A program made the position numbers and the translations under genes. This document shows positions 38,792 to 53,328 of a stretch of 64,000 bases of DNA, piece by piece. The stretch is taken from positions 312,294,001 to 312,358,000 of the forward strand of contig OZ024742.1 of assembly GCA_964016885.1 (NCBI GenBank), read 5' to 3'. Within the stretch, counting starts at the first letter, position 1. Each line of letters starts with the position of its first letter. Under the pieces are notes generated by a model that saw only the letters and a list, made by a program, of their open reading frames with translations, did not search any database and was not told where the DNA came from. This DNA is from Eledone cirrhosa (taxonomy: Eukaryota).

Positions 38792-39821
38792 TTAAAAGCA
38801 GACTATATAAAAATAAGCGTGCATGACATGGTCCCATAAATCCTGAGGAAGATGTGGGAGTGCGTATTGACATACAATGTTTCTAGAGCATTTCTTAAAC
38901 CTGGCAGAGCCTATCTCCTCTCCATGTCTGAATATAACAGATTTCTTTCAAAGAAGGATACAGAGTGAGAAGATGCAAGTGAGGAAGAATCAACTCCAGT
39001 ACTGGACAGGGACTTTTTTCATCGACCTCGGCGGGATTTGAACTCACAGAGTAGAGAACCGAAACGAATATCGCAAAGCATTCTATCTGACTTTCTAATA
39101 ATTCTGCCAATTTGCTGTCATAAAAATAAGCTTGTTCAGCTCAGCTATAGACAACACCACATCTATTTCACTATTGTGGTCTTGTAGAAACTAAGAAACA
39201 AGACTACTACACATTTGAAAATAGCATAGTAGACCTGGAGAAATGGTTAAATCATTTGTCTTTACTTCAAACACTAGTTTCCAACTCCCACACCACACCA
39301 CTCATCGGCCCAACCTATTCACCTTAATTCCATAGAATCACTAATCACATTGCTAATGAGCTTCCTTCAGCAACTGCTGTAACATATCACATTTGGTTTT
39401 TCAATTGCAAAACAAATTATTCAAATGGTAACGACATAAGGATGAATATATGTCTGTATGTGTATATATGGTTGTACATATGTATGTATACATGTATGAG
39501 CCTGGTCATATATAACACATGTAGTGTGAAGAAACATGCATATTCACACATACATACATGCACATATACGTTCACACACACAGCATGTTAATAATGACAT
39601 CAATTTGAATTAACAAAGGTTGGTGTAACAAAAATGAGCAGTGTCACTTAAGAAACAATGTTGTTTAACTTACAGCGCTACAATCAGAAAATTGTCAAAG
39701 CTGGTTGCAGTATTGATAATTTCTGAGATATCAAAAAAACAATATATATATATATGGTTGTGCTCCAGCATGGCCTCACCCTGTCGGCTGGAACGAGTAA
39801 TATATATATATATATATATAT

Positions 39822-39992
39822 TCACTGTAAATGAGGTTGGTGTTGGGAATGCCATCCAGCTGTAGAAATCAAGCCAGAATCAGTTCCCGTATGAGCAAGG
39901 AATGGTCAGACGACCGGACACTGCCCACAACAGGACAACCCTTCTAACCCATGCTAGCATGGAAGAACGGACATAAAACAGTGATAGTGATG

Positions 39993-39993
<1 letters not shown>
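39822..39993 (+). mobile_element. 5'-truncated long-tail SINE; similar copies 31698-31822, 49917-50073, 53676-53836
   Basis: Matches the young SINE up to AATCAGTTCCCGT, then continues ATGAGCAAGG..GGACAACCC..ACCCATGCTAGCATGGAAG..GATG. In (TA)n. Confidence 0.85.
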
Positions 39994-40023
<30 letters not shown>

Positions 40024-40108
40024 TACATACATATTATTTAATTCAAGTATGTATTGGTCAATCACCGACACTTTAGTATGCAGAGTAGACAGCTCGACGA
40101 AGTGTGCA

Positions 40109-40508
40109 GGTGGGTCTGTTTACTGAGTTCAAATCCCACCGAGGTTAACTTTGCCTTTCATCCTTACGGGGTCGATAAAATAAAGTACCAGTAATGCACT
40201 GGGTATTTGATGGCCTTGTGCCAAAAGTAGAAACAATTATATTTATAGACATGAAGTATAAGTCAACGGGTTAAAATTAACTCTGTTTATTCATATGATG
40301 CCCGAGCCTTGAGAAAGCAACACCAAATTTGTCTGATGAGGTCATAACTGTTGCATAACGGTTATCACAAAATATATTGACTTAGATTTCATGGTTTGTT
40401 TACACATCTCTCTCTCTCTCGGGCATCATATGAATAAACAGAGTTAATTTTAACCCGTTGACTTATACTTCATGTCTATAAATATAATCCGAAGTAAACA
40501 GACCCACC
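40109..40508. mobile_element. Fold-back element with perfect 71-bp inverted repeat, decayed hammerhead-like core and nested SINE fragment
   Basis: Arms 40236-40306 / 40418-40488 and outer arms 40109-40124 / 40493-40508. CTGATGAG-stem-AAAA at 40333-40372. SINE fragment 40125-40235. Confidence 0.7.
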
Positions 40509-40562
40509 ATATATGTTATAGAATACTATTAGCTTCTCGCTAAAACAATTTCTATACCTTTC

Positions 40563-40641
<79 letters not shown>

Positions 40642-41656
40642 CATCATCGTTTAACAATCATTTCAGCAAGGGTTGGACAGGATGGTATTCAAGAGGAATT
40701 TCCACCAGTCAGGTGGGGCCAGGAGCCCAACATGCCTACAGTAAATATAACTTTTACTTGATGACAAAGCTGTCACAAGTTGCACTGCTCTAGGGTTAGG
40801 CGATTCAGCTCAAATTCTGACTTCACTGTCTCTCCAGACAGACAGATGCCAGCATTATCTAACAAATTGCCTTTTATCATGGTACCAATACTAGAGAGGT
40901 TGACATACCAACATTTCATTTAGCAGGATTTCTGTGTCTGGATGCCCTTCCTATCCTCAACCACTCTACATATCATTTAACATCTATTTCATACTGACAC
41001 TGACACATACATAGATATATAGTGTGTGTCATCATAATAGTTTAACGTCCATTTTTCCATGCTAACATGAGTTAGAGGGGTTGTCTTGTTTGAGGCAAGT
41101 TGGGTCAGGTAAATGTGTCTTGCTCATACAGAACTGTTTCTGGCTTGATTTCTATGGCTGGATGCCATTCCTAATGCCAACCACATTTACAGTGTGTACT
41201 GGGTGTTGATTGTCATATGTGTGGATTCATAAATATATATGATGACACAACAGGGAGCATGCTGGCATAGATGACATAGATACATCAAGTTGATATTAAG
41301 TAAACTAATGGTTAACATAGAGTTACTTCATGAGTTTGTGTGTGTGTGTGTGTGGAGGGGATCAAACATTGATGGAAATGTACCTTTGTGCTGATTAATG
41401 ATTATTATGCAATTTTTTTTATCAGTTATTAATTATTTATAAACGCTTATATGCTTTATATGAATGTGAAATAATTTTATTTTGTTAGATTTAATCGCTT
41501 TATGGTTCAATGTTTTAATGGTCACAAAAAAAAACAAAAAAAAAAAAAAAACTCTGAGTTGGAGGTGTGTTGAGAGAAAGTAAAAATCAGCTACTTCGAA
41601 AAAGTAAAGATCGATTAGGGATTACTTTTTCCTGGTTTTCTCTTTCTTCCATATGC

Positions 41657-41870
41657 ATCATCATCATCGTCACAACCACCACCACAATCATCATTGTCAT
41701 CAACACCCCCACCATCATAGCAACAACCACCATCATCATCATCATCATCACCACAACCACCATCATCATCATCATCACCACTACCATCATCATCATCACA
41801 ACAACCACCACCACCATCATTACAGCAACAACCACCACCATCATCATCACAACCACCACCACCAGCATTA
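41657..41870. repeat. (CAT/CAC)n low-complexity tract
   Basis: Direct inspection. Confidence 0.9.
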
Positions 41871-42180
41871 ATGTCAACATTATACTGCTATTTGTTTGAA
41901 CATGTCATATTTCATAATTTCAATAAAGTCAATAAAAACGTCCTTCATAACCTAATGTAGATGATATATTATTAATGTTTATTTGTAAAGAGATCAATAT
42001 TTCATTGTTGAAATGGTTTATAAGTTGTTGTTACTTCCTCCACCACCCCACCCACCCCTACCACACCACCCACCTTGTTCACCTTGGATACATCTATTTA
42101 CTTTCCCTCTGTTAAATTGACTGAAAATATTATTTTCAAAAATTTCACACATCATTTTAAAACATTTCATATATTATCAA

Positions 42181-42375
42181 GGGCAGTGAACTGGCAGTAT
42201 CGGTAGAGCATCAGACAAAATGATTTGCTGTATCTAGTTACAACTGTTTATGTTCTGAGTTCAAATCCCACCATTCTCAACCTTGCCTCTCATTCATCGG
42301 GGTTGATAAAATGAAGTATAATTGATTTTCCCCTTCCCTCAAATTACTGGCCTTGTGCCTAAATCAGAAACCATT
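42181..42375 (+). mobile_element. Older tRNA-derived SINE family; other copies ~7390-7545, 9476-9670, 18185-18340, 24822-24970, 36225-36360, 38990-39117
   Basis: A-box-like TGGCAGTATCGG, B-box GAGTTCAAATCC, central ACyTTGCCTyTCATyC..GGGGTyGATAAAAT, tail GGCCTTGTGCCTAAATCAGAAACCA. Confidence 0.75.
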
Positions 42376-43509
42376 ATTATAATATATATATATATATATA
42401 TAAAATATACACATACACATCCACCCACCCATGCGCATGTGTGTACATGCTTGAAAAGAAAACAGGTTTTCTTATCACCATAATCATTCAACATTTAATT
42501 TCCATGCTTATATAGGTTAGATGGGTTGTCAAATTCATAAGCTAATCAAGTCAGATGACCACATCTTACTCATATGATGCAATTCTGGCTTCGTTTCTAT
42601 GGCTGGATGTCCTATCAAATGCCAACCAAAAAAGGTTTGCCTGTGAAGAAATCAGAAGGTCATAAAGAAGAGACTATAACAGAGGAATTCACCTCCAAAT
42701 TAAACACTTCCATTGTGACAAAGCAACTGGCTGTGAAATCACTGAGAACATAAGAGGTAGAGCTTAATCTGCTTTTGCCTCCTGGCACCAATACAAACTT
42801 GAGAAGCAATTGAGTGCCATCTCCAGGCACTGAATTAAACAAAATACATATGCATAGTGTGTGTGTGTGTGTGTGCATAAAAGTACTACTTAGCATTATT
42901 GGAGCTCAAAATATCATAAAACGCAGAGAGAGAGAGAGGGGGGGGGGGGAAGCAGGCAATATTGTATAAGCATATATATGTGTATGTGTGTGTGCGCATG
43001 CATACAAACACACATGTATACACACATATGTGTGTGGAGAGGGAGAGAGAGAGAGAGAGGTGTCCACACACGCCCTACAGTGCAAATATACATTTTTAAA
43101 CACGCACACAAAGCCCTCATGAATAGGTCCATTTAAAAGTAAACAGATGTTACATTCACTTTGGCAAAGATTAAACTACCATTTCCTTAAAGTATAATTA
43201 TTTCTCACTCACATATCTTTATTATAAGTTATGATAAATATTTCACACACACACACACACACGTACGTATGCCTGCAAGCAAGCAAGCATATACTGACCA
43301 GTACACAACAAAAATAAAGACATCCTTCAAATATGAGAACACACAAAATCAGATTCACTATATGGACTTTAGAAATCAGTTTGTAAAACAAATTGAATAT
43401 TTTCGGAATTTCTCCAAAAAAGATAAAAACAAAAAAAAAAGATGAAAAGAATGAAGGAACTTGGGTGGAGTAGTGAGGTGGGTAACAAAAGATAATGTAG
43501 GTATGTGTG

Positions 43510-43699
43510 TATGCAATATATTGACATGGTCCGAGAGGCTGTTGAACAGAGTCCAAAACGTAGGAGAAGCCAATCCATGGGTTTCTCCACAGAAACTTGC
43601 AGAATGGTTGTCAAAGAGGCCTTAAGAAGTATCCCTAGAGAATACAGACTAAACAAAAGCTTACTGAAGCTAAGACCAAGAGAAAGGCTATGGCTTAAC

Positions 43700-43786
<87 letters not shown>

Positions 43787-44374
43787 TGATTGGCCCATTC
43801 TTCTGAGAAGAAAATGGTGTCACTGCTACAGTTGCAAAGGAATGTTGTATGGAAGTCTCGGAAGACTTCAAAAAGGAGCTACAGACCATGTACCTATCTC
43901 TAATGAATAAGTTCTGGTTCCAGCAAGACAGAGCAAGCCCTCATAACTCCAATGAGTCGCGAGAATGGTACAAAAATAACTTTGCAAATTGTGTTATCAG
44001 TTTGATTTTGAGTGGCCCACACACAGCGCTGATTTAAGTCCCAAAATTTCTTTCTATGGGGCTATTTGAAGGATATGGTATATGTCAACAAACTCAGGAC
44101 CATCACTGAACCAAATGAAAACATCAGGGAGGAAATCAGAGCCATCCCTTTATGCTAAACTTCCCCATGCACCTCAAAAATGCTTGGATTCAAATGGGAA
44201 TCACTTGGAACATATGCTGTAACTCTGGACAGAAGTATTAGAAGATAGCGAAGATTTTATGAGTTCTTTTTAATGCTTTAAACTATATATATTCAGAATT
44301 TCATCAGTTTTTGTCATAAAATGAACATTGTAGACAAAAATAAAAATGAGGCCAGTTGCTTTTTAGCCACCCTG
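43510..44374 (+). pseudogene. Tc1/mariner-superfamily transposase relic with right TIR, interrupted by (GA)n
   Basis: VREAVEQSPKRRRSQ, FWFQQDRASPH and WPPHSADLSP..FLWGYLKDMVY motifs across broken frames; ends TTTTAGCCACCCTG-TA. Confidence 0.8.
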
Positions 44375-44644
44375 TATAGGCTCTCACTATCATATTCTTT
44401 CTCTCACACACAACCCATTCCCCATCTCTTTTCTTCTTACATTTTCCCATTCTCAAATACATATTTTTTTTCCCTATCTTCTCTTGCTTTTTAACAACAA
44501 ACACAATCCTCTATTATGTATTTCTATCACAGTTAATTTCTGCAAAAATATTTTTATACCTCTCCACAAAATTTATCTCTTCCCTACAATCCTCACATCA
44601 TCACTCTTAACCCAAACCGCCATGACCACCACCCCTACCATATC

Positions 44645-44731
<87 letters not shown>

Positions 44732-44989
44732 GCACAAAATTTCATATACATATACACCACTACAAAACTCTAATTTCTTACAACCCACCCCTCAAGCCCA
44801 CATCACCACCCCAACTACTACACAAGTCTATCTATTTGTTCAACACCCCCTCCCCACTAACTACCACTTCTATCCCTTTACTGATCACCCCTCACACATT
44901 TTCATCAACCCATACCACAGCCACAACTACTACACAGACACACTGTTCTATCCACTTAACCCATACTCTCTCTCCTCTCCACACAATTA

Positions 44990-45041
<52 letters not shown>

Positions 45042-45386
45042 CACCACCTACCAACTTTTCTACCTACTTTACCACACCACCAGCACTGTCTACACACACA
45101 CACACACACCTATAGCTACTTACCTCCCACACACTTTTAGCTACTTACACAGTAATCTCTGTGTACATACACACATTTACATACACAAATCCATCTATCT
45201 ATAGCACCACACACTCACACACACCTTTAGCCACTTACCTCCCCATACACACACACACACACTTTCAGCCATTTAGTCTCACAGTATGTTCCACACATAC
45301 ACACATATATACACACACACCTTTAGCCACTTACCCCCCCCCCCCCACACACACACTTTCAGCCATTTAATCTCACAGTATGTTCT

Positions 45387-45417
<31 letters not shown>

Positions 45418-46712
45418 GCTATCCACTTACCGCCCCCCCCCCCCCATGTCTATCTCACCCCCACCTCCACACAGCCTCATCTATCTTTAACTCCTCCACC
45501 CACCCATCTCCTTCTCTGCTTAATTATTTCATGAAGAATTCCTTGAATGTCTCCTTCTTTTCAAGAGGCTAGAAATGAAATGCCCCACCACCATCACATC
45601 AACCATCACCATCACCATCACCATCACACCAACCACCACCATTAAAACGACCATCATCACCATCACCACCACCAGTAAAACAACCATCCACCACCATCAC
45701 CACCATTTAAACAACCATCATCATCATCATCACCACTATAAGACAACATTCCTTTCTCATAAAGTATAACAGTTAAAAGGCAATATAACTTCTGATTTAT
45801 TACAAAGAGGAAAATAAACAAGAGTTAGTGGCATTCATACTTTTCCTCAATGACATGACTGATGTGAGCCAATGAGAATGTTATTTGTAGAGGAACATAC
45901 CAGGGTCCCACTGTCCCCTGGTACCTTAACAGCCCTAAGAAAGCATAAGGCATACTATAAAGACAACATAAGAAGAGGTCCTCTTTGTATATGTTTGATC
46001 TGCTAGAAAGAGCAGTCAAATATCTTTCATCATCATCATCTTTTAATGTTCGCTTTTCCTGGTAGCAAGTTTTGGACGTGTCTTCACAGGTCAAGTCTAT
46101 ACTGAAGCGGGTCTACAGACCTCATGAACAGACAGGGGTTTCATATCTCGCATATGATCCCATGCTCTACTCAGTGCATTTTATCATGGCAACAGCATCA
46201 GGGAGATTGCAAGTGTGTATTTGGTACTTTTATTGTGTATATCACCAACACTAGGGAGATTGTCATGTTTTTGACATAAATGAAGGGTCCTCCCAACTCT
46301 TTGTTTGGCAAGCTTTCTATGGTTGAATCCCTTTCCTATCACCAACCCCTTAACAGCATGTACTGGGTACGTTTATTGTGTAAATTACAAACACTGGAGA
46401 AGTTGTGGCACCCACCACTGACGGACCTGAAGGGTCCTCTCAACTCTTCAGCCTTAAAAAAAAAAAATGAAGGTGATATATATACATCCAAAACAATGTA
46501 ATGTTCAACTCTTAACATCCTGTCAGGCAGAACACCACATTAACAAGACATGAAATATATACAAAACAGAATTATGACTGCATCACATTAAAAATTAATG
46601 TTTTTACCCTAACACTGCAAATTCTTATAATAATCTGTTCAATAGTAAATATACCATAAGCATTTGTATTAACAAACCATTTTTAGATATTTTCGCTAAA
46701 TCGTCATAGGAT

Positions 46713-48880
46713 GGATGGCGTACTTGCCATCACTGACGCTGATAAGAAGGTAGCTTGGAAGTGTCACTACGAAAGGCTACTAAATGAGGAGAATAAATGG
46801 GAGAAAGACATTCTCCCCCACATCGACCCAATAGAGGGACCAGCAGTGTTAGTCGAAGGTAGTATAATAAGTAAGGCAATCAAAGATATGAAGACGGGTA
46901 ACGCGGCTGGGCCTTCGGAAATAGTTGCTGAGATGCTGAAAGCCTCTGGTACGGTGGGACACACCATGGTCACCCGGATAGTAAACCAAGTCATACAGAA
47001 TGGGGTTGTTCCGAAGGAGTGGCGTAGCAACATCATCATTAACTGCTACAAGGGTAAAGGAGACGCCCTAGATAGGAGTAACTATAGAGGCATTAAATTA
47101 ATCGACCAGGTCATGAAGGTCACGGAAAAAGTAATAGCGCAACTAATCAGAGAGAGAATCGATCTAGATGAAATGCAGTTCAGGTTTGTGTCAGGCAAAA
47201 GTACCACAGACGCGCTTTTCATTGTACCTAGCTAAAAGTAAACCCCTATACTTAGCTTTCGTCGACTTGGCAAAGGTCTTCGACAGAGTCCCCCGTTCCA
47301 TTATCTGGTGGGCTCTTAGAAAACTAGGTGTTGATGAATGGCTTGTGAGAGCTATACAAGGCATGTATAAAGAAACAGTCAGCAAGGTTAGAATTAACAA
47401 CGAATATAGTGAAGAGTTTAGCGTAAAAGTTGGTGTTCATCAGGGCTCTGTTCTTAGCCCCCTACTATTCATTATTGCCCTTCAGGCTATAACAGTGGAG
47501 TTCAAGACCGGCTGCCGATGGGAACTCCTATACGCAGATGATCTAACGCTCATAGCTGAATCAATGGCCGAGCTAGAGAAGAAATTCCAAATATGGAAGC
47601 ACGGCCTAGAATCAAAAGGCCTTAAAATTAACCTGGCTAAGACTAAAGTTCTAGTTTGTAGGAAAGAAAATAAGGGATCGGTCCCTTCCAGGAAATGGCC
47701 ATGCTCAGTGTGTAGGAAAGGCGTAGGTAGAAACTCCATTTTATATCCCAAATGCAAAGTATGGGTGCATAAAAGATGTAGTGGGATCATAGGTAAGCTA
47801 ACTAAGAACATAGATTTTACATGTGGCCGGTGCTCTGGTGCAATAAGTAGCAGCAAGTGCCCACAAAATACTAGCTCTTTCAATTGCGCAGAGGGTTCTA
47901 TAGAAATAGTGGACAGCTTCCGTTACCTGGGTGACAAAATCAGCAGTGGGGGAGGGTGCTCTGAAAGTACAGTAGCTAGAGTCAGAACTGGAAGGAAAAA
48001 GTTCAGAGAGCTTATACCACTATTAGCCGCTAAAGGGTTCCCCCTAAAAATGAAAGGCAGGCTGTATGATGCCTGCATACAAACAGCAATGTTGCATGGC
48101 AGTGAGACCTGGGCATTGTGTGCAGAGGATATACGCAGACTAGAGAGGAACGAAGCTTGCATGCTCCGCTGGATGTGTAATAGTAATATACACGAACGGC
48201 AAAGCATAAACGAACTAAGAGAAAAATTAGAAATAAGAGGGATCAGATGTTGTTTACTCGAGAGAAGGCTACGTTGGTTTGGTCACGTGATGCGCATGAA
48301 AGACGACAGCCGTATAAAAAAGTGCAGGGCAATAAAGATAGACGGTAGCCACGGAGTAGGCAGACCCAGAAAAACCTGGGACGACCTGATAAACTCCGAC
48401 CTCACACACTTACACCTCTCCAAGACAATGTCACTGGACCGAGATCTTTGCCGGTACTCAGTAATAGAGAAGACCCGCCTTACCTAAATACAAAGTAAAA
48501 ACCCACTACAGTCAGTAGGCATCTCTAACAAAATACACCCCCGTCCCACCACCCGCACCCCATCCACACCGCCCCTTTCAATGTAAAGTTATGTTGGTGC
48601 CACAACATCCAGGCCGAAACAAATGAGATCGTGTAGGTGTCACGACAAAAAAACACACAGTCCACGCTGTAATGTGGCCGTGTTAGCAACACGGTAAAAA
48701 CCTCCCAGTCCCACACTGTAAATGTGGTTGGTGTTAGGAAGGGTATCCAGCTGTAGAAAACCCACCAGACAGCCTTATGCGAGCAAGACAACCACTCTTG
48801 CCTCAAGTGGGAAAACTCCCGTCCAAACCCATGCAACCGTGGAACATGAACGTTAAACGATGATGATGATGATGATGATG
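46713..48880 (+). mobile_element. 5'-truncated RTE LINE (subfamily 2), frameshifted
   Basis: RT ORFs 46711-47235 and 47168-48487 (YADD). 20-nt deletion between GTAC repeats at ~47225. Long 3'UTR and (GAT)n tail. Confidence 0.93.
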
Positions 48881-49383
48881 CATGGTTTCTGGTTTCAAAA
48901 TTTTTGTCACACTGTCTGCAAGATCTTACCTGACACTTGCTAAAATGACTGTTCCACAAAGTAATTGTTTCAGTTTTAACACAGTCTTAGATCAAGTCAT
49001 TTGCCAGACAAATAGAACTATGACATTACAGGATGTTAGGATTTAATAATTTCACTCTACTTTAAAACAAACAGTTTTATATCATAGAAGCAGGAACAGT
49101 TTCAGGCAGTTTGGTATCAAAAGGTTTAATCTCAACTAACAACACTTGAAACAGTCCCTTTCATCTACAGATATAATAGACACTGTTTAGCAACCTGCTA
49201 GAAATAGTAACTAAATATCCCTAAAAGCAAACCTTATTGCCTTGAAAGAGGGAAGGAAATTTGCATCTAGAACAATATGGTCCTTAATTCACTCTACCTT
49301 AAACAAGGAGGGAATAATTACAGTTTGAATGCAATGCCTTTCATATTAGGCCTATTTAATCATAGCTGACCTGAGGCTAAACA

Positions 49384-49386
<3 letters not shown>

Positions 49387-49454
<68 letters not shown>
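49387..49454. repeat. (GA)n microsatellite
   Basis: Direct inspection. Confidence 0.95.
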
Positions 49455-49457
<3 letters not shown>

Positions 49458-49875
49458 AAAACTGAAAAGAGACTAGTATCTTGAATTGAAAATAAAGATG
49501 TTCACTCATGGACACACATCTTCATTTTCTGCCTGCCTTCCATACTGTGATGGGTTGGAGAGGTTGTCATGATCTAAGAGGAAACAAGTCAGAGAGACCT
49601 CATCTTGATCATACATTCCATGACTGGACACCCTTCATAACACCAAGAACATTACAGACTGTACAGGATGCATTTTATCAGGACACCACCACTACCAATT
49701 TACACAGTGTACTGGTGCTTTTGCTTTGTAACTTGTCCTATATATATATATGATTTCTTTTGAATGAAACAGTTCTAGTCCTGTAGAAGTCATTTCTATA
49801 TTCAAGTTTGTATATACTCTACTAATGTATTGAGTACTTCACTTACTGTAGTTCGCTCGATTGAACCCGGGGCTC

Positions 49876-49916
<41 letters not shown>

Positions 49917-50174
49917 TGGTGTTAGGAAGGTCATCCAGCTGTAGAAATCAAGCCAGAATCAGTTCCCGTATGAGCAAGGCATGGTCAGCCGATCGGCTAC
50001 TGCCCACAACAGGACAACCTATCTAACCCATGCTAGCGCGGAAGTACGGATGTAAATCAGTGATGATGATGATGTGTGTGTGTGTGTGTGTATATACCTG
50101 TCTGATATTAACAGACATGACAATAGTACTCTCTTAGCCATAATAAACTATATATATATATATATATATATATA

Positions 50175-50737
50175 CAAACAAACCGAGCATTATAATAAAT
50201 GTTCGGTAAACCGATACGTGCATATATATATATGTGAGCATGTATGTATATATATACATACTACTGTACGTCTGTATACATATATGTATGTACGTATACA
50301 TACATACTTACATTTAAGTAAGTGCCGTACTAAGAGTGAGAAATGAAATTTCGTTTCATTCTATTCCATTTATCGTTTTCGGTGTGCCCGGCCGACTGAA
50401 CTCACTCGATATGCAAATTAGGCTACTCAGCCGTTAATATGCATAAGGAAAGTATATACTTTCAGACGTTCAACCATCTGGCAGGAAGGTATACGATGCT
50501 GACAATAGATAATAAGCTTGAAACTAGTACATCATTCCTGTGTCAGTGTTGTACAAAAAGGTGACGTGGTTGCCTAAACACTGTACGGCGTAATTCGGGC
50601 TGTTTGTAAACCGAGCATTATAATAAACGTTCGGTAAACCGATACGTGCATATATATATGTGTGCATGTATGTATATATATATACATACTACTGTACGTC
50701 TGTATACATATATGTATGTACGTATACATACATACTT
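50175..50737 (+). mobile_element. Hammerhead-containing element with 130-bp terminal direct repeat (unit 428 bp)
   Basis: Direct repeats 50180-50309 / 50608-50737. Decayed hammerhead ACGATG-CTGACAA..GAAACTAGTA-CATCAT at 50493-50535. In (TA)n. Confidence 0.78.
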
Positions 50738-52829
50738 TATATATATATATATATATAAATAATCATCATCGTTTAATGTTGATTTTCTATGCTAGCATGG
50801 GTTAGATGGGTTGTCTCGTTTGAAGCAAGTTGGGTCAGGTGACTGCGTCTTATATAGCTGTTTTCTGACTTTGTTGGCATGCCCACCTGTGTTATAGACA
50901 TGGCAATCAGAAAGGTACTCAGAGTTGTTGCTGGCAAGATGGTTCTACAGCTGGAAGCCCTTCCTAATGCCATCCACATTTACAGTGTGTGTTGGGTGTT
51001 TTTTCTCGAGACTCCTACACAACCTCTTTACAGTGTATGTTGGGTGCTTTTTGTCATAACTCCTACATTACCACTTTACAGTGTGGGCTGGATATATTTT
51101 GTTCAGTGTTAAGGGTGGTGTGAACAGGAGTGGGAGGGTGTTGGTATAGTTTTTTATATATATATGTGTGTGTGCAAGTCTGTTAAGCAGACACAGTAGA
51201 ATATAAAGAACTTAATACAGGTGTTATTCATTTTAAAAACTCTGACATACAGTTTGCACAAGCTACTTCACTGATACTCTTCAAAATGTCAAGTTATAAG
51301 GCAGCAAAGATGTATTCAGTTAAAATGGGAACTCAACTAAATTCAAAACAAAAGGTAAGCAACATCAACATACATACACAATGTGTGAGTGTGGAATATT
51401 GTGGCACAATGTTTCATCAACAGACATACACAAGCTAGACATACATACACAATGTACAAGTATGGAATATTGTGGCACAATGTTTCACCAAAACAACTTT
51501 TTATTTAACAGTCTTCTTATTGAAATGATCTTTCATAGAACAGTCTTATAAATATTTTATTTTGTAAAATAATTTTAGCTCTTTTGATGCAAAACTACAT
51601 GTAACTGCCAATGGTTCTACGATACAAAACTGTTTTAAAGTTTTTATATTTATCTTTAAATTTTCCATCATTATTTGTTAACTTATACTTCAAATGCCAA
51701 CTTAATGAGAAGGTTAGTTATATAACTAAATTCCTGAAAATTCTTTATTATTTTTTAAATAATTTGAAAACTGTAGCAAGTGTCTTTCATTAGAGATGTT
51801 GCAACAAAAAGTAGTGTCTTACATTACATTTTTCATATACAATAAAACATAAAATTTCCATTCAAAAATTTCATTTAAAAGTACAAAAGACACTGAGAGA
51901 ACATTAAAAATTTCTACCTGTGTCAGTTCCATAAAGTGTAACAGATCACAGATATATATTTTAGTCATTCGATTACTGCACTTTAATAACTTTTTATCCA
52001 AACTACATTTCATAGAAAAATTTAGTAAATAATTCTAAAAAATTTTGTAAAATAAATATAACTATAGAACAGTTTTTAATATACAATAAAAATACAATTT
52101 CCATCCAAAAATTTAATTTAGAAAATTTAATTTAGAAGAGAGTAGTAAAGGAACTTTAAAATGAATTTCTACCTGCACCAATTTTATAAGTTAATTTACA
52201 ACAGATCAAGTTTTAAATATCGACTAATGTTCTTTCTTCATTCACATGCATTCTTGTTTATTTAACCTTTTTGTGACAATATTTCCAATAAAATAAACTG
52301 TCAATGTTCAATTGATCTTGAAAAATCATCAAATATTTGGAGGAATTTAGTAAAATTACTTTTTCAGAAATAAAGGATGTTTGGAACAGCGAAAATTATG
52401 ATGGAAGGTTTTAATATATGTATGAGCATATTAGAATAGTCAGTTTTGTATCAAATAATCAAGTGTGGTTTTAGATAGTGTCGACAATGGAAAGATTAAT
52501 AAAAACATTGTTTCCTTTTGGCCAATCTGACAATTAGCTTCTTTGCTTTTATATATCATCACCATCATCCTCTTATGCCTGTTTTCCAGCCTGTCATACT
52601 CGCTCAACTCTGACAGGATTTAAATGCAATAAAGGTGATAAAATACCCAGGCATTTTTAATCCAATGCTCATATAAATCAGCTAATTTGCCACCTTATGA
52701 GAAGTACATTAAAAGAAAAATTTTTTTTTGCACACTGCCATAACCATTTCATAACCGTATGATTAGTTAGCACTAGAATTTTGAGAGATTTATTAAGAAT
52801 ATCAATTCATAACTAAGACAGTAACTTAG

Positions 52830-53038
52830 CCCTTTAGCATGTATATTATTCTTTATTTACCTCTGTATTTTCACAGTAAAGGCTTTATCTTACATAATTA
52901 TCTCACATAATATCAAATCTACGAGATTTTGACGTTTTTATTTTGAAAAGAATACCTTAATGTAGGTATGAGTGACCAGTTACGGTCGGTTTGAACAGAA
53001 GGAGGTGAGATAGTTTTGACCAGATAAATGCAAAGGGG
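52830..53038. mobile_element. TTAA MITE family A
   Basis: TTAG-CCCTTTAGCAT...TAAATGCAAAGGGG-TTAA. Confidence 0.8.
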
Positions 53039-53294
53039 TTAATATATGACCTATAGTTAGGGTTGTGGACTCAGAATCATAATTTGATTCGTGGATTCAA
53101 TTTCTGACAGGGTTGTGGGATGTGTTCTTCAGCAAGATGCTTCACTTTACTTTTTCATGTTAGGACTCTGAAGACATTTATTATAACATCCATATTTCAT
53201 AGAACTGGAGCGGGTTGGTTACAAAGGGGTTATAATACTTCATGTGTTTTATACAATAAACACGCGTGTGTACATACCTATACGCATGTGTGTA

Positions 53295-53324
<30 letters not shown>

Positions 53325-53328
<4 letters not shown>

